A DNA stretch of 64,000 bases from assembly GCF_004010195.1 (NCBI RefSeq), contig NC_057749.1, positions 14,725,429 through 14,789,428 of the forward strand, written 5' to 3'. The notes beneath the pieces are model-generated. The model made no database searches. It had not been told where the DNA came from and worked only from the letters and a program-made list of their open reading frames with translations. Shown here in pieces: positions 1 through 12,069 of this stretch (positions are counted from its first letter, which is position 1; each line of letters starts with the position of its first letter). Position numbers and translations under genes: made by a program. The DNA is from Chiloscyllium plagiosum. Taxonomy: Eukaryota.

Positions 1-769
1 CTGCAAAGCCACATTGAAATGTCTGGTGGGTGCTACATAAATGCAAGTCTTTCTCCCAGCACAAGGCTTGGAAACTAATCAACATCCATTGAATTCGGAC
101 TCGCTCAGAACCTATGTGCTTTCTCGGTGTTAAAATCTGACCCATGACTGTGAACTGTCATTAATTTTCACATCAGATAAATTGTTGGACCAACTCCAAG
201 AAGTTCTTTCAAGGAAATAACTTGCAATGGAAGAGCTGCATTTTATCGCCCTATTTATATATTGCACCTTCATGGGGGTAAACACTAAAAAAAATGAAAT
301 AGGAAATAAAAATATAAATTGATTTTTCTCATTGAACATTGACAAGCCGACACATGACTTAAAATGCTGACTAGCAGTTTTAAAAAGCTGATAGTTGGTA
401 CACATGGATCTTAAAGCTTAGAGCACTGCAGTTAGCTTTAACTCCAAACTCTCTCTGTGCACCATTGGGTGGATACTAAGCTGAGGTGAATGTCAGTACA
501 GACAACTGCAATGATCTAATTTAATTGCAGAATAGGCTTGAAGGGCTGAATGGCCTGCTCCTGTTCCTATGTTCCTGTGATATTTATCCTGGGAGTATGA
601 ACAGAATACCCACTCCCCCATCAAATTCCACCCCTCTAAACTAAAATGCCCCAAAATGTACTCAGCATTTTGACTGTGGGGTCCACAATGCTCTGTAGGA
701 GTTTGCAATAAATTATAAATGGCTGTTTGACTCAGATGGTTATAGGTTCAAGTCCTAATCCAGTCCCAC

Positions 770-1318
770 CGATGCTGCCTGTGCAAGATCCTGTGAATCC
801 ACTGGGAAGAAAGATGCACCAACACAGGCATCCTTGACCAGGCCAATATCCCCAGCATCGAGGCACTGACCCGCCCGCCCTCACTCCTTATTTGGCTACG
901 AGGGGCTGGGCACATCATCCCCACGACTGACATGAGGCTCCACAAGTAGGTGCTCTACTCCCAGCTCCGAGACAGCAGGTAAGCCCGAGGTAGACAAAGT
1001 GCTACAGGGATACCGTCAAAGTCTCACTAGGGAAGTGCAGCATTCCCACAGACACATAGGAATCACCGTGCCAAGACTTTCCAGGGTTGGGGAGGAGCAT
1101 CCGGGGCACCTCGAGGCTTGCCGTTGGGAAAAAGCAGAAGCCGGGCGTAAACAGTGAAAGGAACGTGCTTCCACATCAATGCCCTACCCACCCCATTCCC
1201 AAGACCACCTTCTGCCCCAAGTGTAACAGAGTCTGTGGTATCCCCATCAGTCTGTACCGCCATGACAGTGGGAGAGAGTCATCCTCGTCTGTGAGGGATC
1301 ACCGATGAATGAATGAAT
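770..1318 (+). mobile_element. RTE-clade LINE, degenerate 3' fragment
   Basis: Degenerate RTE ORF C-terminus (ILDQANIPSIEAL, VLYSQLRD, and the zinc-finger-like CPKCNRVC..ISLYRH), ending in a (GAAT)n tail. Confidence 0.7.
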
Positions 1319-1344
1319 CCAGAAAGGTACACATGACATCTGGC

Positions 1345-1690
1345 CTGATCCTGCAATGCCTGTACTGAGGATCGGCTACACTGTCAAAGACGCTGCCTTT
1401 TAAATGGGACATTAATGTGAGACATCGACTCACTGTTCAGATGAATGTTTCCCTTCCAGCATTTGAAGAAAAACAGTAGAATTCTTTCAACATCCTGAAA
1501 AATACTTATCTGTCGAACAACACAATCAAAAACAGATCATCTGGCCATTTATCTCAATGCTGCTTGTTAGACATTACATTGTATAAATTTACCTACGATG
1601 GTGATTTAGAAATAAATCATTGAGAATAAAAGCACTTTGGGATGTTGCAAGGATCTTAAAGATATCAGATAAAAGCAAGTCCTGTCTTTC
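1345..1690 (+). mobile_element. Deu-domain SINE (SacSINE1/AmnSINE1-like), old copy
   Basis: tttgaagaa...cagatcatctggccatttatctcaatgctg central segment and a gcactttgggatg...gcaagtcctgtcttt tail; related pieces recur across the window (1-55, ~3000-3240, ~7980-8130, ~8350-8560, ~23870-24010). Confidence 0.6.
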
Positions 1691-1964
1691 AGTCCACAGC
1701 CAAACATTCCTGAGAAACATCCTCATAATCATTGATAACAGCTTCACATTGATTGATGTGTTCATTGAATGGTCAATAATCACTCTCATGCGTTTCCGTT
1801 TTCCACCTTCACTAATGGGCTTTCTATCATTTTATACATTCATATAGATGGGAGACTGGGGAGATCAGTGGAAAGGGCACAGTCTGAAGTCATTTTCAAA
1901 CAGAAACTTTATAATTTGATTGCTCCTTCAGGTTAAGGTGGGGGCGGGGGAGGTTGGTGGCGAT

Positions 1965-2700
1965 GCAGCACGATGGCTCAGTGGTTAGCATGGCTGCCTG
2001 GCAGCATCAGGGATCCAGCTTTAATTCCAGCCTCGGGCGACTGTCCGTGTGGGGTTTGCACATTTTCCTCGTGGATTTTCTCCGGGTGCTCTGCTTTCCT
2101 TCCACAGTCCAAAAATAAGGTCAGAGGTCACACGACACCAGGTTATAGTCCAACAGGTTTATTTGATTTGGAGGTGCCAGTGTTGGACTGGTGTGCATAA
2201 AGTTAAAAATCACACAACACCAAGTTATAGTCCAACAGTTTTATTTGGAAGCACTAGCTTTTGGAGCGCTGCTCCAACATCAGGTGGTTATACTCCAAAA
2301 CCACCTGATAAAGGAGCAGCGCTCCGAAAGCTAGTGCTTCCAAATAAATCTGTTGGACTATAACCTGGTGTTGTGTGATTTTTAACTAGGCTTATTTGAA
2401 ATCACAAGCTTTTGGACTGTAGCCCTTCATTAGGTGGAGTAAGAGGGAAGCACACAGAACACAGAATTTATGGGCAGAGGGATCAAAAGATCTTACAAAG
2501 ATATGCAAGTTAGGGTGGATTGGCCATGCTCAATTGCCCATTATTTCCAGGGATATGTAGGCTAAATGAATCATCAATGGGAAATGCAGGGATGGGGTAG
2601 GGGGTTGGGTCTGGGTGGGTTGCTCTTCAGAGGGTCAGTATGGACTCAATGGGCCAAATAGCCTGCTTCCACACTATGGAGATTGTATGATTCTATGATC
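1965..2700 (+). mobile_element. HE1-type V-SINE interrupted by nested Penelope-like terminal fragments (~2114-2495)
   Basis: tRNA-like head gcacgatggctcagtggttagca, V-domain up to ccacagtccaaa (2113), resuming at caaagatatgcaagttagggtggattggccatgct (~2496), then a tail ending ttctatga. Confidence 0.8.
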
Positions 2701-3856
2701 AAACTCCAGTTAATTTGACCACCATTCAGTGAAATCCTTGAGATATTTGTGGTCACTAATTAGTGAAGTAAATGCATTAATGTTGTCTAACTGATGGCCT
2801 CATTGTGCTCACTTGTCAGCAATAATGTTATGAAAAGGACTGCTGTATTTTGTTGTAGTGTCATGATTACTGAGTTCTCTCCATGCAAATTCAATTAGGT
2901 TGATCAACTATGTGACAATTTACAGCAAACACATCTAATTTTCTGCATGAGAGGTAGCATCAAGATTCCTGCCTTATGTTCGTATTTACAAAGAGGACAG
3001 AATTTCTCTACCGCCTTTCAAGACCCCAGGGTGTTCTGCAGAACTTTACATCCGATGAAGCCTTTTTGGACATGTTGTCACTATTGTAAGGCAGATATTT
3101 TCGCACAGCAAGATCCCAAAACGGGCAACGTATTAAAATGACTGGATTGTCTGGTTTTGTTGTGATAATGGTTGAGAGCTAAATATTGACCAGATCAGAA
3201 ATCTGCTGCTCTACTTCATATAGTGCACTGAAATTTATATAAAACATGAACAGAGAAATTTATGTTAAGACTATTCCACAGATCCAGCTTTGTTGAATCG
3301 AGATCAGGCTGTTAGACAGCAATGCAATGCTTTCAGTTATTGAAATTGTCTTGTAACTGAATAACATCTCTTGCATCATGATATGTGGGTGTTTGACACA
3401 AAGTACTTCAGAGAATTTACAAAAAAAAGGAAAAGAAATTCTTATATGTGTTCAGTCCCTCATCTCTTTGAGGTCTCCCAAAATACTTCACATACAACAG
3501 ACAATTTACGATCCAGTGAACGTTGGTATGGGACCCTGACTAAGGCACTTCGGAGCACACCAGTGAATCTCTTAGCTTTCTGTCAGACAGTATCATGAGA
3601 TCTTTAATCTGAACTGACAAACAAGGCTTTGGTTTAACTCCTTATGCAAAGAATGGGAGCTTCCACACAACCACACTCTCTCAGAATGTACGGCAGTGTC
3701 AGTCTGGGTTACTTACTGAAACCCTGGAGTGCAGTCAGACATGCCTTTGTGTCTCACTTCATGAGGTGTGTACATAATCTGGACTGACACCATGGCTGTA
3801 ATGAGGGACTGGTGCATTGTTAAGTTGAGACCCCCATTTGCCTGCTTAAGGGAGTA

Positions 3857-4020
3857 CAAAACAACCGAATGAGACGGGCGGGGAAGATTTTGTTCGGATA
3901 ACTGATTGTTCGAATAACTGATTGTTCGAATAACAGATAACATTTTTATGGGACCTTGAAATCTAGTTTGGATAATCCGAAATTCAGATAATTGACGTTC
4001 AGACAACTGAGGTTGTTCTG
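3857..4020. mobile_element. Tigger/pogo-like MITE with TA target duplication
   Basis: Ends TA|caaaacaacc ... ggttgttctg|TA are inverted with one mismatch; internal ttcggataa/ttcgaataa subrepeats; sits inside a Deu-SINE-like sequence. Confidence 0.65.
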
Positions 4021-4084
4021 TATATGAGATCCTAATATACTATTTTGAAGAGGAGAGAGGAGTTCCCTCTGTGTCTTGAGCCAA

Positions 4085-4890
4085 CAGTGGACAGTGGAGA
4101 AGGTTATTTCACACTACAACAGGACCTTGATCAGATGGGCCAATGGATGACAGATGGAGTTTAATTTAGATAAACGTGAAATGTTGCACTTTGGTAAGGC
4201 AAACCAGGCAGATTTATATAGTTAGTGCTAGGGCCCTATGGAGTGTTAACGAACAAAAAGAGCTGTAGTTTCACACTTGCTTGAAAGTAATAGTAGACAG
4301 GGTGATGAACAAGGCATTTGGCACACTTGCCTTAATTAATCAGTGCATTGAGTAAAGGAGTTTGGTGAGGCCACTTTTAGAAAACTGCATTCAATTCTGG
4401 TCTCCCTGCTATAGGAAAGATGTTGTTAAAGGGTTTAGAAAAGATTTATGAGGATATTGCTGGGATTGGAGAGTTGGAGCTATAGGATGAGGCTGAATAA
4501 GCTGGGACTATTTTCCCTGGAGCATTGAAGGCTAAGGGGTGACCTTATAGAGGTTTATAAAATCATGAGGGGCATGGTGTGGGTGAATAGGCAAGGTCTT
4601 TTTCCCAGTGTAGGGGAGTCCAAAACTAGAGGGTTAAGATTTAAGATGAGAGGGGAAAGATTTAAATAGGACCTGAGGGGCAGCTTTCTCATGCAGAGGG
4701 TGATGTGTGTATGGAATGAGCTGCCAGAGGAAGCGGTGGAGGCTGGTACAATTACAACATTTAAAAGGTATCTGGATTGGTAGATGAATAGGAAGGTTTA
4801 GAGGGATATGGGCCAAATGCTGGCAAATGGGACGAGGACAGTTTAGGAAACCTGGTCTCATAGATGAGTTAAACTCTACGACTCCATGAC
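4085..4890 (+). mobile_element. CR1/HER1-type LINE 3' fragment
   Basis: Degenerate ORF2 C-terminus (aggggtgaccttatagaggtttataaaatcatgagg = RGDLIEVYKIMR), 3' UTR and ctccatgactcta tail. Confidence 0.85.
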
Positions 4891-5699
4891 TCTATCGGCA
4901 AAACAGATGATGTGATCATTATCACTTTGTTTTTTACAGGAGCTTCCTGTGCACAAATTGGCTGCTGCCTTTCTGGCATAACCAGAAATGGTACGTGAAA
5001 AGTATTTGATCAGGTATAAAGATGGCAAGTGGTCATGAAATGCACTCCGTAAATTCAAGTCTCTTTTTTCATAAGAGGTCCCAGGACAGGACATTCTCTT
5101 CCATCAAATGCAAATTAGCTGGTTGTTCAACTCATTGCTGTTTGTGGGATCTTGCTATGCATGGAATATTTGCAAAAATAACAAGTGTTCACACTTCAGA
5201 AATAATTAATTGGTTGGAAAACACATTCACACATCCTGAGATGTTCAAAAGTAGAAAATTATTTCTTTTGGGGTCTTAGGTGAGGGATAAACACTGATCT
5301 CTACTCTTTTTTTGAAAATAGTGGTCATCTGTTTTTCTCTTCATCCAGCTGAGAAGGCAGAGTGACTTTGGTTTCAGGTTTCAAGTTTCAACAGAGAGAC
5401 AGTGCTTCAGGCAGTGTGGCACTCCCACAGTACTGGCTGCAGTCATAGCTTGTCTTTCCACAAACAAAGGGTTGACCTGGGGGAAAAATCAATGAGACAA
5501 AAATGGCAAGAAGATATCAGGAAGTATCAGCCACAGACTAGACCATGGATGGAGGACAGAATGAGGTGGTGATAATAAATATATGTACAGAGGAACTTGC
5601 TGGAATTGAAAAATTGGCTCTCTGTTATAAGGAACATTAAAGTAGATATTGATTAAATGGATTAAAACTATGTAAACTACATTGTTCCAAGGCATGTTG

Positions 5700-5990
5700 G
5701 TCTGCAAAAACAAAAACAGAAACTGCTGGAAAAGTTCCACAGCCTCTGTGGAGAAAAATCAGAGTTAACGTTTCAGGTCAAATGACCCTTCCTCAGAACT
5801 GATGGTAGCAAGGAAAGTGTTGATGTTTTGTGCAGAAAATAGGGCGGGTGGAGGCTGTAAGGAGTAAACAATAGGTTGGATTGGAGCCCAAAGAGAGAGA
5901 AGGACAGTTGTACAGACAAAGCAGTGGATAACGATCAGGCTAGGAGAGTGAACAGCTATTAATGAGGACTGTTAGCGGCTAACAATGGTC
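5700..5990 (-). mobile_element. Penelope-like element terminal fragment (family B) carrying a hammerhead motif
   Basis: aaaaacagaaactgctggaaaag...agagttaacgtttcaggtcaaatgacccttcctcagaact; same terminal family as the fold-backs at ~38.5, 41.9, 44.9 and 56 kb. Confidence 0.6.
5763..5800 (-). ncRNA. Minimal type I hammerhead ribozyme motif
   Basis: Minus strand: AGTT-CTGAGGA-A-GGGTC-ATTT-GACCT-GAAA-CG-TT-AACT. Core CUGANGA/GAAA, stem II, stem I AGTT/AACT, palindromic stem III ACGT. Confidence 0.65.
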
Positions 5991-7527
5991 TACAGATTGT
6001 GATCGAGACAGAGATCTCAAATCCAGCACTAAAGTCATGGTCTCTAGGTCTGCAGTGTCACTTACTTGGTTGTATGTGTCAGAGGCAATGGATAGTAGCT
6101 AGCGGAAACCTCAGGTCCTTGGAGACTATCATCATCCACAAGATCCTGCAAATCCAATGGCAGGATGTTAGTGTCCTCTGTTAGGCCACCATCCCCAGCA
6201 CCAGTTACGGTCAATCATCTGTATGCATGGCTCCTTAAAACAAGCCTCTCCACTCCCAGCTCAGTCAAGGCAAGTCAATGGTTCCCAATGGTATATGGGA
6301 GGTTCTTGCCCAAAGCAGAGAAGAAGCCAACCATTTCCTCAACCAGCTGGATCAGGAGGAGGCCAAGTGCAATCGGCAGATGGAGCAGTCATCCACGTGT
6401 GTGTGGGGATCCACCATTGGACTGTTTGATCATCTTGGGGCCACAATACCAGAATGGAAGACAGTGCTCCTACATCCCGAGGGAGCGCCTGAGGAGGAGG
6501 ATGGGCAGTAACTGGGAGACTCAGCATGCTTTATAAGTCTCCAGGGTGGGGCTCAAAGATATGACCTTCTGACACAGCGACTGGTTTTCTCCTACTCAAT
6601 GCCCCCTATACATTTGTAACCCCAGCAAATGTACACAAAGTGGTCAGGGGAAGTGGCAGGCCAGGCAGAGAGAGGGAAGGTGGAAATGGAAAAGCATTTG
6701 AAAATAAAATCAATTCAGTGAGGAATCCCACACAGCTGCAGCTGCAGTTTTTACTGTGAAGGCTGGTGACTTTATTTATTCTATTGTGAATTTATTGCAC
6801 AGTCGTACTTGGTCGTTGTTTACATACATGCATAATGTATAATATACAGAACTGAATGTAATCCTTCGTAAGCCTACTCCTCAGGTCAGGTTTTATGGTA
6901 ACTTCTTCCTTTTCTGTTGCTGAATTCAATTTGATTTACTCTTGTATCCAGTGAATCCTCTTTATTTATGCATGTATGGTTAGCTGGGATTTTAATAAGG
7001 CTTCTTTTCCATTCCTTTAGGGTTTTATGGCAGTTTCCATTGTGCTGTAACTGTTTCCTTTCATCACCTGCTACATTCAGTGTCTGTGCAAAAATTAAAT
7101 CACTTCATCCTCCTTTCTTACCCTCTCCATAATCTTAAAGCCATCTCATCTGTGCTATGCAGTTGTCAGCTCACACCTTGTCCCATTCAACCTTCACTCT
7201 GTGTTTGTTGACTCAAATTGGTTCCTGTTAGGCAATGCTTTGATTTAAAGATTCTGATCCCACCTTACCTTTTCAAGTCTATTAATAGACTCATCCCTTT
7301 TTGCCTCTGTAATTTCTTCCAGCCCACAGCCCTCTGAGATATCTGCACTTCTCCAGTCTTCCTCCTTGTGTTTGGTCAGTGTTAATTGCCCCACTGTTAG
7401 TGGCTGTGGCTTTAGCTCTCAGGGCTCTATGATCTGAAAGTCTCTCACTAAACCTCTTTAACTTGCTTTCCTCTTTTAAAATGCTTCTTAAAACCTAGCT
7501 CTCGGCTCAAACTTTTGTCATTGACCA

Positions 7528-7830
7528 GCGGTTAGCACTGCTGCCTCACAGCGCAACCTGGATTCGATTCTACCCTCGGGTGACTGTCTGTGTGGAGTTT
7601 GTATATTCTCCCCGTGTCTGCGTGAGTTTCCTCCAGGTGCTCTGGTTTCCACCAACAATCCAAAGATGTGTAGGTTAGGTGGATTGAACATACTAAATTG
7701 CCCATAATGTCTAGGTGGATTAGTCAGGGGAAATGCAGGGTTACAGGGATAGGGTGGGATGTTGTTCAGAGGATTGGTGTTGACTCAACCAAATGGCCTG
7801 CTTCCACCCCTGTACAGATTCTATGATTCT
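7528..7830 (+). mobile_element. HE1-type V-SINE
   Basis: ggttagcactgctgcctcacagcgc head, gtgtggagtttg...ctccccgtgtctgcgtg V-domain, gattctatgattct tail. Confidence 0.85.
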
Positions 7831-8654
7831 AATGTCTGCTTAGAGTCAAACTTCGCTTGATAGTTCTGGTGAAGTGCTTTGGGACTTTTTGCTACATCAA
7901 AGTTGCTATATAAGTGCAAGTTGTTATTCTGAGATAGTCCAGAATAGTATTATCCCACTGTATCCACTACCCTTTACAATTTTTCATGGAAGAGCAGGGG
8001 AATTCTCACCAATGACCTGGACCAATATCTAACCCTCAACCCACATCACTTAGCAAGTGTTTACATATGTTTGCTACTTGTGGGATCTTGCTGTGCCTCA
8101 GTTAACTGTTACAGCAGTGACTACATTTAAACAATGGGATGGTGCTGTGTGGTTATGCCATATGGAGGAGGACCCCTCATGTCCAAAGATCCATTGAGTG
8201 CAGTGAGTTTGATTTCCCTGCCTTTGGAAATACTCTCCCCTCAGAACAGAAAGGGAATGGTTGTTGAGTGACAATTTCTCTCTTTAATCAGACAGGATGG
8301 AAAAGCTCATTCTGGGATTATGCTGTGTACAAGATCACTGTAGCCAAATGATATGCATTTGTATAGCACCTTCAGGCTGTCCCCAGAAATCTTTACAGTC
8401 AATGAAGGACTTTTGAAGAGTAGCCTGTGTTGTATATAATTTAAGAAACACAACAGCCAATTTGCATACACCAATCCCCGGCAAATAGCAATGGGATAAT
8501 GACCCAGCTCATTTTGTTTTTCAGTGAGGGTGATTGAAGGATAAATGTTGGACAGTACACCAGATAATATGCAAATAAACAATATGGATGCTGGAAATCT
8601 GATATAAACACAGAGCACACTGAATAAATGCAGTTCTTCAAACTGAAGAAAAGT

Positions 8655-9120
8655 CATAGAGTCGCATAGCATGGAAACAGACCTTTTGGACCAACTCAGC
8701 TGCGTGCACAGATATCCTAAATCTAGTCCCATTTTCCCGCATTTGGCCCATATCCTTCTCAATCCGTCCTATTCATAAACCCATCCAGCTGCCTTTTAAA
8801 TGCTGTAATTGTACCAGCCTCCACCACTTCCTCTGGCAGCTCATTCCACACACACATCAGCCTCTGTGTGAAAAGGTTATCCCTTAGGTCCTGTAAAACC
8901 TTTCCTCTTTCATCTTAAACCTATGCCCTCTAGTTTTGGATTACCCTACCCAGGAGAAAAGACCTTGTCTTTTACCCTATCCATGATTTTATAAACCTCT
9001 ATAAGGTCACCCTTCAGCCTCCAACACTCCAGGGAAAATAGCCCCAGCCTGTTCAGACTCTTCCTATAGCTGAAACCTTCCAACCCCAACATCAACATTG
9101 TAAATATTTTTTGCATCCTC
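8655..9120 (-). mobile_element. CR1/HER1-type LINE 3' fragment inserted into a Penelope-like terminal fragment
   Basis: Reverse complement of the LINE 3' end (catagagtcgcatagcatggaaacagacc...ataaacctctataaggtcaccc). Confidence 0.85.
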
Positions 9121-10394
9121 CCATGTTGGACTCAAAATGTTAACCATTTCTCTTTCTACCTGACCTGCTGAGTTTCTCCAACAATTCCTGTTTTGTCTTT
9201 AGTATTTCACCCCACCTGCTCTTCTTTAACCTAATGTCGGGAAGGTTTTCACACTCACTTGTGCGGCTTTAGCCAAAAGAACTCAGAGTGCACAGTTCTC
9301 CCATGGTATGACAGCAAGTGGTTGGGTTTTCTGATCAACACTGGGGACTCCAACTTGAACCCACAATGTTTGGACCCAATGAACCCCAACTGGCACCAAT
9401 CAGTCACCCCTTACAAAACACAGGACATGCTTCTGTAACAACATGTTGAGATGCAATATAAATACAAATCTTTCTCAAATTGGAGTCAAACAGTGAAACA
9501 GAAAAAAAAACAGATAACTGAGCCCATTACAGAATCCCGAGAAGCCAGTGATATTTTTCAAAGTGTCCTTCATGAGGAGATTGAATGATTCTCTATCTGC
9601 AGCAGGCTGAGATATTCCCCTGCTGTCCTGTTATAAATCCCATTTCCTTCCACACAATACGGAATAAATTTAATTTAATTTGTTCTTTCCCTTGGCCGTT
9701 GACAGGATTCATGTTTGTTCTTGTGTTGCTCTGCTCTCCTCTGTGCCTGTAAGCTGGGGTCCGATTCCATTAGTCCCCTCATAACATTTGAGGCAAAAAG
9801 AAAACATCTCCAACGCACTGAAAAGGCACTGGATCTGCATCTGGAGTTCTGTAATGTGCAAGGCTACAGACCCAGGTGCTGGCAAGTGGAAGAGAATGAG
9901 TAACTATTCTTCAGCCAGCACAGACATGATGAGCTGAGTGGCCTCTTTCTGTGCTGTATTGTTTCTGCATTTCTAACATTGCACAAGTGTAAAGCCTCTT
10001 CACTCCTGGCCCCTCTAATAGCGAGGTTTGCTACTAAAGCTGACATTCTCTGTCACTTTGCATTAAAATAGCTTCTCTGATTTTGCCTGGGAGAGGATGG
10101 GTTAGATAGAAAGAACAGACTTTGTTTCCCCTCTTTTGTCACCTCAGGATGACCTGAAGCATTTTGCAGCTAATGGATTACAACTCCAGAGAACAGTCAC
10201 AGCGCTAATGCAGGGAAATGCAGGCATTCTGTCCACACTCCGAGTCCAATGCACAACCTTTAATCCCAATCACTTCAGCTGATCATCATTGCTGTTTGGG
10301 GGAGCTTGCTGATCACACACATTCGCTTCATCACCTCAATGAGGAATCCTCAGTAATCGCCTTCAGGTCATTAACGGAGATGTATAAATACAAT

Positions 10395-10630
10395 AAATAT
10401 CTGGAATTAAGATTCTGACGATGACCATAAATCCATCATCGATTGTTGGAAAAGCCCATCTAGTTCACTAATGCCCTTCAGGGAAGGAAACTGTCATCCT
10501 TACCTGGTCTGGCCTACATGTGACTCCAGACCCACAGTAATGTGGATGACTCTGAACTGGCCTCTGGGCAATTAGGGATGGGCAATAAATGCTGGTCCAG
10601 CCAGTGACATCCTCATCCCGTGAATGAATA
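10395..10630 (+). mobile_element. tRNA-derived SINE (family containing gggaaggaaa...ggcctacatgtgactccagacccacagc), 5'-truncated
   Basis: Same body as the fuller copies at 17318-17680 and 47575-47900; tail gggcaattagggatgggcaataaatgctgg. Confidence 0.75.
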
Positions 10631-10679
10631 ATTTTGTTAAAAAACTCATATTTGAGGAATTGTCAGGACCATGTTTTGC

Positions 10680-11345
10680 TGTCAGTCCCTCTCCCTCTCT
10701 GGGGTCAGTGTCTACCTCCTTACTGCTGGCCTCAACGTCTCCACTGCCAGTCCCTCTCTGCTGCCAGTCTCTCCCCTCTCCACTGCCAGTCTTTCTCCCC
10801 CCCCCACTGCTAGATCTCCCCTCTCCACTGTCAGTCTCTCGCTTATTCTCTCTCGTTGCCCTCTCTGCTGCCAGTGTGTCCATTTCTGCCTGCTGCCTGT
10901 CTTTCTCTCTCTCTCCCTTTCCATGGTGTCAGTCCCTCTCTCTCTCACCCTGCCTGAAGCCAGTCTCTCTCTCTGTCTGGTGCCAGTCCTTCTCCCTCTC
11001 CTCCCTGCTGCCAGTCCCTCTGTCTGTCTGTCTGTCTGTCTCTCTCCCTCTGCCTGGTGCCAGTTTCTCTCTCTGTCTGTCTGTCTCTCCCTCCCTCTGT
11101 CTGGTGCTAGACCCTCTCTCTCCCTCTCCTCCCTGGTGCCAGTCCCTCTCTCTCTCTCTCTCTCCCTCTCCCTCTGCCTGGTGCTAGACCCTCCCCCCTC
11201 TCCTCCCTGGTGCCAGTCCCTCTCTCCCTCCCTCTGCCCTGGTGCGGCCTGGTGCTGTACCTTCTCTCCCCCCTCTCCTCCCTGGTACTAGTCTCTCTCT
11301 CTCTCTCTCTCTGCCTCTGCCTGGTGCCAGTCTCTGCCTCTGCCC
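10680..11345. repeat. Pyrimidine-rich low-complexity repeat upstream of SHF exon 1
   Basis: Recurring ctggtgccagtccctctctc-like units interspersed with (CT)n. Confidence 0.85.
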
Positions 11346-11930
11346 GGTGCCAGTGCCTGGCAGAGCTATGCCGCTGTAAGGGCCCACGGTACCGGCTGGC
11401 GGCGCTGAAGTTCCTCTGTGCCTCGCCCTGGGAGGGAGCCGGAGCCGGAGCCGGAGCTGGAGCTGGAGCCAGTCGGTGTGAGGAGCCGAGCGGGACCGGC
11501 CCGGTTAGAGCGATGCGCGGCGGCGGCAGCGATGGCCAAATGGTTCAAGGAGCACCTGGGTTTCAGGAGCAGCAAGGGGCCCCCGCAGCCCCCGAAACCC
11601 GACTACCGCCCGCGGCCGGGGGCAGAGCCCGACATCCTGGCCGCTTACAAGCTGCAGAGGGAGCGGGACTTCGAGGATCCGTACACCGGCGGCTCCAGCT
11701 GCCTGCAGCGGCTTCGCTCCGAGGCGGCCGGGCCAGGGGCAGCCCCTGTAGCCGCGGCTGGAGTCCCCGGCGCCGGCTCCTCTCCACATCACCACCCGGC
11801 CAAGAAAGCTGCTTCTCCCGAACTCAAGTACATCTCCCCGAAACACCGGCTCATCAAAGTGGAAAACCCCGAGAAAAACTGCAGCAAGTTGGCTACATCT
11901 CCCGAGGACAACAAGCAGGACAAGGTGAGA
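11340..11930 (+). promoter_or_regulatory. CpG island over the SHF 5' UTR and exon 1
   Basis: Very GC- and CpG-dense block (ccggagccggagccgg, gcgcggcggcggc) in an otherwise CpG-depleted window; coincides with the first coding exon. Confidence 0.8.
11532..11924 (+). CDS. SHF: Coding exon 1 of SH2 domain-containing adapter protein F (SHB/SHD/SHE/SHF family)
   Basis: ATG in gcgATGg context at 11532. 131 codons: MAKWFKEHLGFRSSKGPPQPPKPDYR...DILAAYKLQRERDFEDPY...YISPKHRLIKVE...KQDK, then donor AAG|GTGAGA (phase 0). AKW..EHLGF, PDY, DILAAY.LQRERDFEDPY and HRLI.VE are SHB-family N-terminal motifs; as recalled they are closest to SHF. Confidence 0.9.
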
Positions 11931-11974
11931 GAGGGAGACAGAAAGTCCCCTACTGTTTCCCAGATACTCCACAC

Positions 11975-12060
11975 TTTTGTTTCCAAATGAAATACTTTTG
12001 TTTCCAAATGAAATACTTTTGTTTCCAAATCAAACGTTGTTTCCGAGTGAAATACTTTGT
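11975..12060 (+). repeat. 21-bp tandem repeat (ttttgtttccaaatgaaatac), about 4 degenerate units
   Basis: Direct reading; explains the repeated FCFQMKY in the ORF track. Confidence 0.85.
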
Positions 12061-12069
12061 CCCTCAAGA

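Noticed and set aside
10572..11387. S/L/P/C-rich and R/E/G-rich ORFs
   Set aside because: Translations of CT-rich low-complexity DNA.
11925..11990. C-terminal extension VREGDRKSP... of the 190-aa ORF
   Set aside because: Read-through past the AAG|GTGAGA donor; family similarity continues in exon 2 instead.
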